Numbered from the stretch's first letter, positions 10,601-21,830 are shown. The stretch: DNA of 64,000 bases from Malacoraja senta (GCA_038087875.1 CM075987.1:26848001-26912000), one strand, 5' to 3'. Program-made: numbers and translations. Notes: a model not told the origin generated them from the sequence alone.

Positions 10601-12361
10601 TAGGCTGTGGGCCGGGCATCAAAAATGTGTCTGGAATTTACCTTTCCTGACCCATGTCTCGGAACTACATGCAATTTTGCTCAGATTTAGATAAAATATA
10701 ATTGAGAAGGAAGTCATAACTCGTCAGTGCCAAAAGTTGCACATTAACTAATTAAACTAATTAGAAAATGAGATCCTATCTGGGACTCATGACAATAAAC
10801 TCTCTTGACCAATTTGGTCTTGACTTGAGATCGAAAAAGTACGCGCCAACTATTGTCCAATGCCCATATTACACCATGGGGAGCCTAATTCCGTGCTGCG
10901 GTCTATTTAAACCAAGTTCAAGTTCCAGTGAGTTTATTGTCGTGTGTCCCAGATAGGACAATGAAATTCTTGCTTTAATTCAGCACAACAGAATATTGTA
11001 GGCATAAATAAATACAGAATTTCTTATTATTATTAGCCCTATTTATTATATTATATTATATTTATTATATTAACCCTAACCCATATATTATTATACCATA
11101 TATATATATATATGACTTGTGAATATGACTGTAATCATATATAATTATGTATAATTATGTTATATAAAAATAATATAATGAATATAATTGTGAGTGTGTT
11201 TTTTAAATGAGACTGCCGCAGAGATCCGATCCTGAACCAGCCTAATTAATGGGTGAGGGCAGTTCCTGTGGGTTCCCCCGTTTACTGAACCCCACTGACT
11301 GCCAGTGTGCAGAGTGGGGGTCACGGCCATAGTGGGACTGGGGCAGTGCCAGGCTGGGGGAAGGCTAAGGCATCTTCCACTGACAGGAAAACGCCTAACC
11401 CTATACTAACCCTAACTCGCCCCCCCTTCCAGAGCTGCCCGCGGCTGGTGCTGGAGCCACTTTGGGACCGGCTGCGGGCTCCGTATGTGTGGCACCGCAG
11501 CGCGTCCGCCTCGGCCAGCATGCCCTTCTGGATCATGATGGTGATGATGGTGGGGAGCAGCACTGCCCTGCACGCCGCCCGGGCCGCCTTCAGCACCCCC
11601 ATAGCGCCGGCTACGTCAGTCCGCCCGCTCGCTCGCTGCAACACCGGCCTACTGACTGCCCGACCGACCCCTCGCAGCACCCACCGGCCGTCCGACCACT
11701 CTCACCACCCACCGGCTGCCCGACGGCCCGACTGCCCGACTGACCACTCTCACCACCCACCGGCCGTCCGACCACTCGCAGCACCCACCGGTGGCCCGAC
11801 GGCCCGACAGCTTGACCGATCCTCTACAGCATACATCGGCCTACCGACAAGCTCGACCGACAGACTGACCGATTGACCGACTGACCGATTGAATAACCAA
11901 ATGACTGACCCTAACCCTCATCCTAACCCTAGCTCTACATTTGTTAATTATCATTTTTATTTAACAGTTCACATCATAACTTCATAAAGATAAATCAATT
12001 GAAAAACAAAATTATCAGCAAGGTGAGCATTACCTTTATTCCTTGGAAACCTCGCTATTGTTTTGATGTAATGAGGAGGCAGCCATGATCCCAGGGTCCT
12101 CGCTACCTAGCGACCATAAAACAAAGCGTGGGATTGGTCAATTTGCGTCCGACCTCAATGTCAAACGTGCATTGATTGTACAATTACTACTCGGAAAATT
12201 TTAGGTTTTTCTCATATTTAAAAAAAATGTGCAGGTATTGTTCTTGATGAGTTTCAGGTATGATTTATACATAATATTTTAACACAGTATGTTAAAAATT
12301 CAGGTAGTTCCGTGAGTTGGGTCACGAACTTGAACGAAAAAGCTCCTCGGCCCACAGACTA
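10601..12361. mobile_element. Non-autonomous TIR DNA transposon, TAG...CTA termini, 4-bp TSD (Academ-like)
   Basis: Termini TAGGCTGTGGGCCG / CGGCCCACAGACTA; subterminal inverted match TGACCCATGTCTCGGAACTACATGCAATTTT vs the reverse complement of 12294-12324; flanks ACTG/ATTG; host CR1 rejoins cleanly. Confidence 0.75.
11430..11602 (-). pseudogene. Probable captured host first-exon fragment inside the transposon
   Basis: ATG in context GCGCTATGG at 11602; MGVLKAARAACRAVLLPTIITIMIQKGMLAEADALRCH...; 37 of the first 38 codons end in G/C. Confidence 0.5.
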
Positions 12362-13134
12362 ATTGCTACAGAAGGCTGTGGAGGCCAAGTCAATGGATAT
12401 TTTTTAAGGCATAGATAAACAGATTCTTGATTAGTACGGGTATCAGGGGTTATGGGGAGAAGGCAGGAGAATGGGGTTAGGAGGGAGAGATAGATCATCC
12501 AAGATTGAATGGCGGAGTGGACTTGATGGGCCGAATGGCCTAATTCTGCTCCTATAGACTTATGAAGATGTCTACCAGGAAACATTGACTACCAACTTTT
12601 ACATGACTATCACAAAGTCCGCAGTACTACCGCATAAAATCTACTCCAAATCAGATCAAAAAAGGGCACGTCGCAAAAACAGAAGATGCTTGTGGAAAAT
12701 ATTTGCTTGTCCTTTTTATCTTATTGATGATCCGATACAGTGGAGTTTTCAGAATCCGTGTGTAACTCAATAAATATTGTGTTATTGGAGTGGATGACAT
12801 GAGAAGTCCCACGGATCAATCCTCTTTGCACCTAACTGCAACAGTGGGCTTTATGTTATTGCTCAGGCGTGTGACTAAGGACTCAAGTGTTAATATTGCA
12901 ATATTAGCTTCAATGTTCACAGCTCCCTTTCAACTGGTGGGCCCCTTGTGTTTAATTAAGAAATAAAGGGCACATTTTGTATATTCCCCTTCAAAATTCT
13001 CTGGACTCTTTCCCTCAAGGTCTCGTGTTGCAATGACCGACAGACAGTTCCTTGAACAACAATCCATTTTTCTGGAAAATGAATCGTTTTGTACTGAGCA
13101 AAAGCACAATAGCCTGACCTAATCTACCATTCAT

Positions 13135-13452
13135 GGCAGCACGGTGGCTCAGTGGTAGAGTTGCTGCCTCACAGCGCCAGAGACCCGAGTTCGATCCTGA
13201 CTACGGGTGCTGTCTGTACGGAGTTTGTACCTTCTCCCCGTGACCCGCCTGGGTTTTCTCCGAGATCTTCAGTTTCCTCCCACATTCCAATGATGTGCAG
13301 GTTTGCAGGTTAATTGGCTTGGTATAAATGTATATTATGCATAATGTGTGTAGGATAGTGTTAGTGTGCGGGGATCGCTGGTGGGCGCGGACTCGGTGGG
13401 CCAAAGAGCCTGTTTCCACGCGGTATCTCTAAACTAAACTAAAACTAAACCT
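13135..13452 (+). mobile_element. V-SINE (HE1-like)
   Basis: Full SINE consensus with (CTAAA)n tail. Confidence 0.9.
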
Positions 13453-13589
13453 ACACAATAGTTGGCAATGGTCTCAGCTTCAACAAACGGCGACTGATCA
13501 GTTAAAAATCAAGGGTGTTTAATTGTAATATGTACCAATAAAGGTACAATGCAATTCTGACATTCCGAAACTCCTCAACTTATCAGGAA

Positions 13590-14352
13590 GTGGGCTTGTA
13601 TTCACTGGAATTTAGAAGGATGAGAGGAGATCTTATAGAAACATATAAAATTATAGAAGGACTGGACAAGCTAGATGCAGGAAAAAAAATCCCAATGTTG
13701 GGGAAGTCCAGAACCAGGGTCAACACAACCTAAGAATAAAGAGGAACCATTTACATCAAAAATCTGCTCACCCACCACACCACCTCCAGGTCCCTCAGAT
13801 CGGCCGACTTGGGGTTACTGACCATCCCGCGGTCTAGGCATAAGCTCAGGGGCGACCGCGCTTTTGCGGTTGCAGCACCTAGACTATGGAACAGCATCCC
13901 CCTTCCCATCAGAACTGCCCCCTCCATCAACTCTTTCTTGAGGTCCTCTGAGTGAGCGCTGTATGTATGTATTTATGTACGTATTGTTGATCTATGTACC
14001 ACTGTATGTAGCATGTTAGTACCTGCACTGATGTAAAGCACTTTGGTCAACGAGAGTTGTTTTTAAATGTGCTATATAAATAAAATTAACTTGATTTAAA
14101 ACTGAGATGAGAAAAAACCTTTTCACCCAGAGAGTTGTGAATTTGTGGAATTCTCTGCCACAGAAGGCAGTGGAGGCCAATTCACTGGATGGATTTAAAA
14201 GAGAGTTAGGTAGGGGCTAGCGGATTCAAGGGATATGGGGAGAAGGCAGGCATGGGTTACTGATTGTGGACGATCAGCCATGATCACAATGAATGGCGGT
14301 GCTGGCTCAAAGGGCCGAATGGCCTCCTCCTGCACCTATTTTCTATGTTTCT
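13590..14352 (+). mobile_element. CR1 3' fragment with a nested L2 insertion
   Basis: GLYSLEFRRMRGDLIETYKI... resumes after 14095 as KTEMRKNLFTQRVVNLWNSLPQ. Confidence 0.85.
13750..14095 (+). mobile_element. L2-clade LINE 3' end
   Basis: YIKNLLTHHTTSRSLRSADLGLLTIPRSRHKLRGDRAFAVAAPRLWNSIPLPIR; tail TGTAAAGCACTTTGG...GTGCTATATAAATAAA. Confidence 0.85.
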
Positions 14353-14384
14353 ATAAGGAACTTGGAGAATGCCTGTGAGATGGC

Positions 14385-14495
14385 TTCTTAGAACAGATTG
14401 TGGAGGCATTAGTAGTGATATTTCAAGAATAACCAGAGTCAGGAATGGTTCCAGAGGACTGGAAAATCACAACTTAACTCCAATGTTTAAGAGGC
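14385..14495 (+). mobile_element. Old CR1 RT N-terminal fragment
   Basis: IVEALVVIFQE*PESGMVPEDWKI, matching CR1 'VPEDWRxANVTPLFKK'. Confidence 0.7.
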
Positions 14496-14800
14496 GTTGA
14501 TGGGCTTTCTTTGCAATACGTTGGACCATGGAGGTAGTCACAAAGATGCAATCAGGAATAAGGGGTAACATTAACTCCATCCTCCCCACCCGAATATAAC
14601 TGAATAAGGTAATGTCTTAAGGAATAGGAGTAGAATTAGGCCATTCGGCCCATCCACTACTCCACCATTCAATCATCTCTCCCTCATAACCCCATTCTCC
14701 TGCCTTCTCCCCATAACCCCTGAAACCTGTACCAATCATGTATCTATCTATATCTGCCTTAAAAAATATCCACTGACTTGGCCTCCACAGCCTTCTGTGG

Positions 14801-15023
14801 TTGCAGAGGAAGCAGAGGAAGAACAAAGCGGGAAGAGACAGAGACTTTAAGACTTTTGCCTCCATCACAGTGAGGAGGTGCCTGGTGAACTCACTGTGGT
14901 GGATGTTAATTTGTGTTTATTGTGTGTTTTGGTATTTATTATTATATGTATGACTGCAGGCAACGAAATTTCGTTCAGACCGAAAGGTCTGAATGACAAA
15001 TAAAGGAATCTCTAATCTCTAAT
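14801..15023 (+). mobile_element. 5'-truncated Rex1-tailed non-autonomous retroposon (same family as 61515-62376), inside a CR1
   Basis: Shares GACTTTTGCCTCCATCACAGTGAGGAG...CTCACTGTGGTGGATGTTAAT with the 61.5-kb copy; 3' hairpin, then TGACAAATAAA and a short tandem tail. Confidence 0.75.
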
Positions 15024-15394
15024 CTGTGACAAAGAATTCCACAGATTCGCCATCCTCTGACTAAATAAATGTCTCCTCATCTCCTTCCTAAAAGAACTTC
15101 CTTTATATCTGAGGCTATGACCTCTAGTCCTAGACTCTGCCACTAGTGGAAACATCCTCTCCACATCCACTCTATCCAGGCCTTTCACTATTCTGTATGT
15201 ATCAATGATTCTTCTAAACTCCAGCAAACCAATGGTCAAAATGTATGTGTCTATTCCATACCCACAGTTCTTCTTGGTTGGAAATTGCCAGTCTACATCA
15301 GTCTTAAGACTGGTGAGGTTGGAAACTGAGGAGATATATCTCTGCACTCTCCCCATCTGACTTGACGGGTTTAACTCTGTAGATAACACCAATT

Positions 15395-15610
15395 CAATGA
15401 GTTGATGGCCAGGACCCACGTTAGAAAATGTAACACTAAATCTGGGCTGACATTCCAATCCAGTGTCAGAGGTAACACCTTCCAGGAGAGTTGTGAAACT
15501 GAAACACCCTTTGATTCCTGTTCTGGAGGCAATAAATCCAACCGAGCTAGTCATCAATGCACAGGAAAGATCTCAGCGTCATCTTCACCAATATTTACCC
15601 CTTAACCAAC
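15395..15610 (+). mobile_element. Highly diverged DeuSINE (SacSINE1/AmnSINE1-like) remnant
   Basis: TCTGGGCTGACATTCC...TGTCAGAGGT...CCAATATTTACCCCTTAACCAAC resembles the Deu domain as I recall it. Confidence 0.45.
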
Positions 15611-16099
15611 AGATAGACACAAAAAGCTGGAATAACTCCAGCGGGACAGACAGCATCTCTGGAGAGAAGGATTGGGTGACATTTCGGGTCGAGACTCTTC
15701 TTCAGACGGGCAAGACGATAAGTGAGTCAGATGTCAAACTATTGAGATTTCTGAACAATTGGACAGTGAAATATTGGAAGTTTATTGTGCCCTGGTATGA
15801 AATCCATCACCCGCCAATCCTTATTCAGGTCATATACAACATCCACTTAAATTGAGTTCTAATTCCTTTTGAATCAATTGAAACTGAATTACAAATTGAA
15901 TAAAAAACTAGCAGAAGTTTATAATGCGATCAATGAAATATTTCTTTCTCACTTTTTACGAGTTCTCATTTAAAGAATATTGACTCACATCTTCTTCCGA
16001 AGTCTTGCGAATTTCCCATCAATGCAGATTTATATCATGTGTAGGAAGGAACTGCAGATGCTGGTTTATACTGAAGATAGACACAAAATTGTGGAGTAA

Positions 16100-16430
16100 A
16101 AGCCCTGTCCCACTGTACCAGTTCATTCAAAGAGTTCTCCCGAGTTTGCCCTGATTCGAGCTCGGAGGTTTACGGTAATGGCCGCTCGTCGGTACTCGGG
16201 GCTCTCGTGGACATTTTTCAACACGTTGAAAAATCTTCACGAGTCTTCCCGTGCTTACCTGCCGTTAGCGAGTCTTCCCGAGTACCTGCCGTTAGCGTTA
16301 CGAGCCGCTAAGAGACGTCCCCGAGCTCCGACGTACCCGCTACGTTCATTCTCCGTGCTTACCACGAGTTTGATTTTTTTTTTAAACTCGGGAGAGCTCT
16401 TGAATGAACTCGCATCGTAGGACAGGGCCA
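16100..16430. mobile_element. PIF/Harbinger MITE, family A
   Basis: Termini AAGCCCTGTCCCAC / GTAGGACAGGGCCA; TAA TSD; same internal sequence as 53681-53982. Confidence 0.85.
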
Positions 16431-16778
16431 TAACTCAGTGGGTCAGGCAGCATCTCTGGAGAGAAGGGATAAAAGACGATTCGAGTCGAGGCACTTCAAA
16501 AAAGGTCTCCTATTCCTTTTCTCTCGAGATGCTGCCTGACCCACTGAGCCACTCCAGCATTTTGTGTAGATATTTATATTTCTGTTGATCCATTATCTGA
16601 CTCAGAAGGATTAATTAAAATTAAAATATGTATTCAAGATTGCTTTAGCATGGGGGTGAAAGTTTACAATATTTCCACACCATTTTGTTTCGAGCTGTCA
16701 CAACCTTGCAAATTCTTGCTTCTTCAGACAGCCTTTGAAACATTATCGTGGGCTACACTAACATTATAGTCTTACTCT

Positions 16779-17066
16779 TGGTGGAGCAGCGGTAGAGTTG
16801 CTGCCTCACAGCGCCAGAGACCCGGGTTCAATCCTGACTACGGATGCTGTCTGTACGGAGTTTGTACGTTCCCCCCGTGAGTTCTCCCCGAGATCTTCGG
16901 TTTCCTCCCACGCTACAAAGACGTGCAGGTTTGTGGGTTAATTGGCTTGTAATAAGTGTAAATTGTCCCGGGTGTGTAGGATAGTGTTAGTGTGTGGGGA
17001 TCGCTGGTCGGCGGGGACTCGAAGGGCCTGTTTCTGCGCTGTATCTCTAAACTAAGCTAAACTAAA
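16779..17066 (+). mobile_element. V-SINE (HE1-like)
   Basis: SINE consensus with (CTAAA)n tail. Confidence 0.85.
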
Positions 17067-17349
17067 TTGTTAGCTGAAGTAATGAAGATAATTGCTATTG
17101 AGCATCCAGGGAAAAAGCTGCATGATCTGATCCTGACTTTTAGCGGCCTGTCTTTCATGCGTAGACTTAATGTAAGAAATGAGTATAAATTAATAATGGG
17201 TTTGGCAAGCGTCAAAAGGCTTGGCCTTGTAGTGAGGGTTGAAAGCAAGGATCTACTGAAGCCAACAGGCAGATTTCATGGGGCATCCATGGTATAAGCC
17301 AGAGGCAATATATGATCGATTAATAGGAATAGAAAATGCACAAATACTT
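17040..17349 (+). repeat. Dispersed duplication, copy 1 (copy 2 at ~21931-22239)
   Basis: ~300 bp of otherwise unique sequence that is nearly identical between the two sites. Confidence 0.9.
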
Positions 17350-17512
17350 AGCGGGACAAGGAGCACCTGTGAACAATACAGGTCTGCAACTGGGAAAAGA
17401 GGGGATATATTTTTATGTTTTATAACAGCAAGGAAGGTGAGGAAGGCAGGGATAGAACAAAGCAAATATCTCTGATGGGGTTAGATGAAATTAATAGATA
17501 GGATAGTTAGGG

Positions 17513-17815
17513 AGGCACGGTGGCGCAGCGGTAGAGCTGCTGCCTTACAGCGCCAGAGACCAGGGTTCGATCCTGACTCCAGGTTCTGTCTGTACGGAGT
17601 TTGTACGTTCTCCCCGTGACCTGCGTGGATTCTCCCCGAGATCTTCGGTTTCCTCCCACACTCCAAAAACGTACAGGTTTGCACGTTAATTGGCTTTGGG
17701 TATAATTGTAAATTGTCCCTAGTATGTGTAGGATAGTGTTAGCGTGCGGGGATCGCTGGTCGTCGCTGACTCGGTGGGCCGAAGGGCCTCTTTCCACGGT
17801 TGTATCTCAAAAATA
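17513..17815 (+). mobile_element. V-SINE (HE1-like)
   Basis: SINE consensus. Confidence 0.85.
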
Positions 17816-18017
17816 AACATAAAAGTAGATGCGTCTGAAGAAGGGACCCGATCTGAAACGTTGCCCATCCATGTTCTGTAGAGGTTCTGCCTGACCTGCT
17901 GAGTTACTCCAGCACTTTGTGTCACATCTCTCCTAGGATATTCTTGTATACAGTGTACACATGGATATACAAGTAATGGAGGGATAAGGATCATGTGCAG
18001 ACAGAGGAGATGAGTTT

Positions 18018-18370
18018 AAATGATGAGAGGAATAGATCGGGTAGATGCAGAGTCTTTTACCCAGAGTAGGGGAAACGAGGACCACAGGCGTAGGTTCAAA
18101 GTGAAGGGGACAAGATTTAATAGGAATCCGAGGGGTAACTTTTTCACACAAAGGGTGTTGGGTGTATGGAACGACCTGCCAGAGGAGGTAGTTGCGGCTG
18201 GGACTATCCCATCGTTTAAGAAACAGTTGGACAGGTACATGGATAGGACAGGTTTGGAGGGATATGGACCAAGCGCAGGCAAGTGGGACTAGGGTAGATG
18301 GGACATTGTTGGCTGGCGTGAGCGAGATGGGCCGAAGGGCCTGTTTCCACACTGTATCACTATGACTCTA
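18018..18370 (+). mobile_element. CR1 LINE 3' end
   Basis: MRGIDRVDAES...RGNFFTQRVLGVWNDLPEEVV...LDRYMDR. Confidence 0.9.
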
Positions 18371-18889
18371 TCATGTTCAGCACGGATATTGTGGGCTGAA
18401 GGGCCTGTTCCTGTACTGTAATGTCCTATGTTCCTGCTGGAAGATTCCACTTCATTCCTTGAAGTTTGCAACAAGATCACACTAATCCCATCTGCGGGCT
18501 TGATGAATGTTAAGATCAACAATGAGAGATTTTTGCCCCTTATTTGCAATGAACCTCAGGTAGCTGGGAATTCAATTTTCTTCAGAGTTAATTTTCATCT
18601 TATTCCCCTGGAGAACTTTTTTCCTTAAATCAAGCCAATCTGAAATTTAGTAGTTCTTCAATCTTTTAACCCTCCTATTTCCCATCAGATTTCAAATCTC
18701 AATATATTATTGTCCGTGGTGGCTGTGTGGTGATTCAGGTCTTCTCATGGAGCCATATCAATTTAGTAAACCGGAGTTTTAAATGTATATTGAAGCTGCT
18801 TTGTAGCTATTTGTGGCTTTTAATATTGAAGATAAATCACATCAGTGTATTGGTAAACTCCAAACTTCGGAAATCATCCAAGGGGTGAG

Positions 18890-19190
18890 GCGTGGTGGCG
18901 CAGCGGTAGAGTTGCTGCCTCATGGCACCAGAGACCCGGGTTCCATCCTGACCGCGGGTGCTGTCTGTACGGAGTTTGCACGTTCTCCCCGTGATTCGCG
19001 TGGGTTTTCCCCGAGATCTTCGGTTTCCTCCCACACTCCAAAGACGTGCAGGTTTGCAGGTTAATTGGCTTTGGTATAATTGTAAATTGTCCCCTAGTGT
19101 GTGTGGGATAGTGTTGGTGTGTGGGGATCGCTGGTCATCGCGGACTCGGTGGGCCGAAGGGCCTCTTTCGACGGTTGTATCTCGAAGATA
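18890..19190 (+). mobile_element. V-SINE (HE1-like)
   Basis: SINE consensus. Confidence 0.85.
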
Positions 19191-19297
19191 AAAATTGTAG
19201 AAGGGGACACTTATAAACGATGTGTCTGAAGAAGGGTCCAGATATGAAACGTCACCTACCCATGTTCTACAGAGGTGTTGCCTGACCCGCTGAGTAA

Positions 19298-19809
19298 AGG
19301 CCCTGTCCCACGGGCAGGCGGGTCCAGGCGGTAAGCGCGGCGTAGCAGGAAGTGGGGACCGCGGGGTCGGTCCCACGCAGATCGCCGGAGCCGTATGTAG
19401 TTGGTCCCGACACCGCGCGGGGCTCAGAAAAACTGACACTGTCCAAAAATCCTGTGCGGCAACGGCCTGCCGCCCCGCTGCCGCCGCGAGCACCGCCTGG
19501 ACGCCGCAAGCACCGCCTGGACGCCGCAAGCACCGCCTGGACGCCGCAAGCACCGCCTGGACGGCGCAAGCACCGCCTGGACGCCGCAAGCACCGCCTGG
19601 ACGCCGCAAGCACCGCCTGGACGGCGCGCACCATCTCGACGGAGTACGCTAGCGCGTTGCGTTGCGCGATGACGTCATCACCCGACGCCGCGCTCGCCGC
19701 ATGCATTCGCATGCTCGTGGGACAGGCCGTACGGTGGCACCCGCGCGGCAGCCACTTCCTGCTACGCCGCGCTTACCGCCTGGAACCGCCTGCCCGTGGG
19801 AGAGGGCCT
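19298..19809. mobile_element. PIF/Harbinger MITE, GC-rich family B, with internal 20-bp tandem array
   Basis: ~58-bp TIRs (AGGCCCTGTCCCACGGGCAGGCGG...); flanks TAA/TTA; (CACCGCCTGGACGCCGCAAG) x ~7 at 19491-19627. Confidence 0.85.
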
Positions 19810-19839
19810 TTACTCCAGCACTTTGTATCATTTTTTGGG

Positions 19840-20195
19840 CATACGTGCAGGGAGAATGTACAAACTCCGTACAGACAGCACCCGTAGTCAGGATTGAACC
19901 CAGGACTCTGGCACTATAAGGCAGCAACTCTACCGCTGCGCCATCGTGCCGCCCTTTGAATCACTAACACTATCCTACACACACTAGAGCCTATATCCAT
20001 TTTACCAAAGCCAATTAAACTACAAACCCGCACGTCTTTGGAGTGTGGGAGGAAACCGGAGCACCCGGAGAAAACCCACGCAGGTCGCGGGAAGAACGTA
20101 CAAACTCCGTACAGACAGCACCTGTGATCAGGATCGGACCTGGGTCTCTGGCGCTGTGAGGCAGCAACTCTACCGCTGCGCCACCGTGCCGCCCG
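19840..20195 (-). mobile_element. Two partial V-SINE copies
   Basis: Reverse-complement SINE heads ending at ~19955 and ~20195. Confidence 0.8.
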
Positions 20196-20329
20196 CTAAC
20201 CATGTCCAACCACAGTTGCCGAGAGGATAATCCTTCTCAGCTTCTTGCTGTTACTCCGAGCGTGAGATAATGCTGCCTGCAGCTATTTGGATTCACCTCG
20301 CCTGGAATCGAGGAAAGGCTAAGGGACTA

Positions 20330-20480
20330 ATCATCATCCCAGCTATTGGACTGAAGACCTGCACTCCAGAACTAACGGCACCTCCAGCCAAGCTGCTCCA
20401 GTTACTAGACTGGCATGTGGCCAACAGTGCTGGAAACTGCCCAGATATGCCTTGTTCACAAGAACCAGGACAACTCTAAT
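20330..20480 (+). mobile_element. Old CR1/L2-group RT N-terminal fragment
   Basis: LKTCTPELTAPPAKLLQ resembles 'LKTCAPELAAPLAKLFQ', which precedes RT domain 0. Confidence 0.6.
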
Positions 20481-21431
20481 CTTCCTTAATCATCCTCAAT
20501 CATGAGTAAAGAGACAGATACAAAAAGCTGGAGTAACCCAGCGTGTCCAGGCAGCTTCTCTGGAGAAAAGGAATAGTAGACATTTTGGGTCGCGACACTT
20601 CTTGAGTCCGAAGAAGGGTCGCGACCCGAAACGTCACCTATTCCTTCTCTCCAGAGGTGCTGCCTGTCCCGCTGAGTTACTCCAGCAATTTGTGTCTATC
20701 TTCAGTTTTAACCAACATCACCAGTTCCCTCCTCCACCTTTTGTTACTGGATAATAAACAAACTTAGAGACAATCAAAGCTATCCATATGGTCACAGGGA
20801 GAACGTACAAACTCCGTACAGACAGCATCCGAGGTCAGGATCGAACCTGGGTCTCTGGCGCTGTGAGGCAGCAACTCTACCGCTGCGCCACCGTGCCGCA
20901 CACACACACACACACTGGGATGTACAGTAAATAGTATAATAAATGTTCCGGTGAACCAGGTACAGGATGTTTAAAGAGAGTGTGGTAAACAGAGACTCGA
21001 CCCGAAATGTCACCTGTTTCTTTTCTCCAGAGATCCCCTCCGACCCGTTGAGTTACTCCAGCTTTCTGTCCTTGGTGTAACCCCGCCTCTGCAGTTCCTT
21101 CCCTCACGAGGTAAGAGATGGAAGGTGTTGCCCATAATGGTGATGATTGGCACTCCCTCACCAACAACCTGTTGACGGATGTAGACAAAAATGCTGGAGA
21201 AACTCAGCGGGTGAGGCAGCATCTATGGAGCGAAGGAATAGGTGACGTTTCGGGTCGAGACCCTTCTTCAGACTGAAGAATCCTTCAAGAATTTTATATG
21301 TTTCAATACGTTCCAGGCTTTTCTTCAGTCTGGAAAAGGGTCTGGGCCCAAAACGTCACCTATTCCTTCTCCCCAGAGATGCTGCCTGTCCCGCCATAGA
21401 ACAAATTATATAGTTTGTATGTTAATAAGCT

Positions 21432-21830
21432 TATAGAAACATATATAAAATTATAAAAGGACTGGACAAGCTAGATGCAGGAAAAACTTTCCCAATGTTG
21501 GGCGAGTCCAGAACCAGGGGCCACAGTCTTAGAATAAAGGGGAGGCCATTTAAGACTGAGGTGAGAAAAAACTTTCTCACCCAGAGAGTTATGAATTTGT
21601 GGAATTCCCTGCCACAGAGGACAGTGGAGGACAAATCACTGGATGGATTTAAGAGAGAGTTAGATAGAGCTCTAGGGGCTGGTGGAGTCAAGGGATATGG
21701 GGAGAAGGCAGGCATGGGTTATTGATTGGGGACGATCAGCCATGATCAAAATGAATGGCGGTGCTGGCTCGAAGGGCCAAATGGCCTCCTCCTGCACCTA
21801 TTTTCTATGTTTCTATGATTCTATGTTTCT
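21432..21830 (+). mobile_element. CR1 LINE 3' end inserted in a V-SINE
   Basis: LGESRTRGHSLRIKGRPFKTEVRKNFLTQRVMNLWNSLPQR; (TTTCTATG)n tail. Confidence 0.9.

Larger units (their letters stand above)
10360..12565 (+). mobile_element. CR1 3' fragment split by the 10601-12361 DNA transposon
   Basis: 10360-10600 and 12362-12565 rejoin as ...GTGAATCTGTGAAATTC|ATTGCTACAGAAGGCTGTGGAGGCC. Confidence 0.85.

Noticed and set aside
11030..11190. CCCTAA motifs suggesting interstitial telomere
   Set aside because: Only scattered 1-3 unit motifs inside the transposon's low-complexity filler
15012..15557. 181-aa minus-strand ORF
   Set aside because: The C-terminal part is CR1 and the N-terminal part overlaps a probable old SINE remnant
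17067..17297. Duplicated ORF MLAEVMKIIAIEHPGKK... (also 21958-22266)
   Set aside because: No recognisable domain or splice signals, begins at a SINE tail, and the copies differ by a frameshift; openness reflects recent duplication
18837..19712. 291-aa GC-rich ORF
   Set aside because: Runs through a MITE tandem array, a PLE repeat and a SINE
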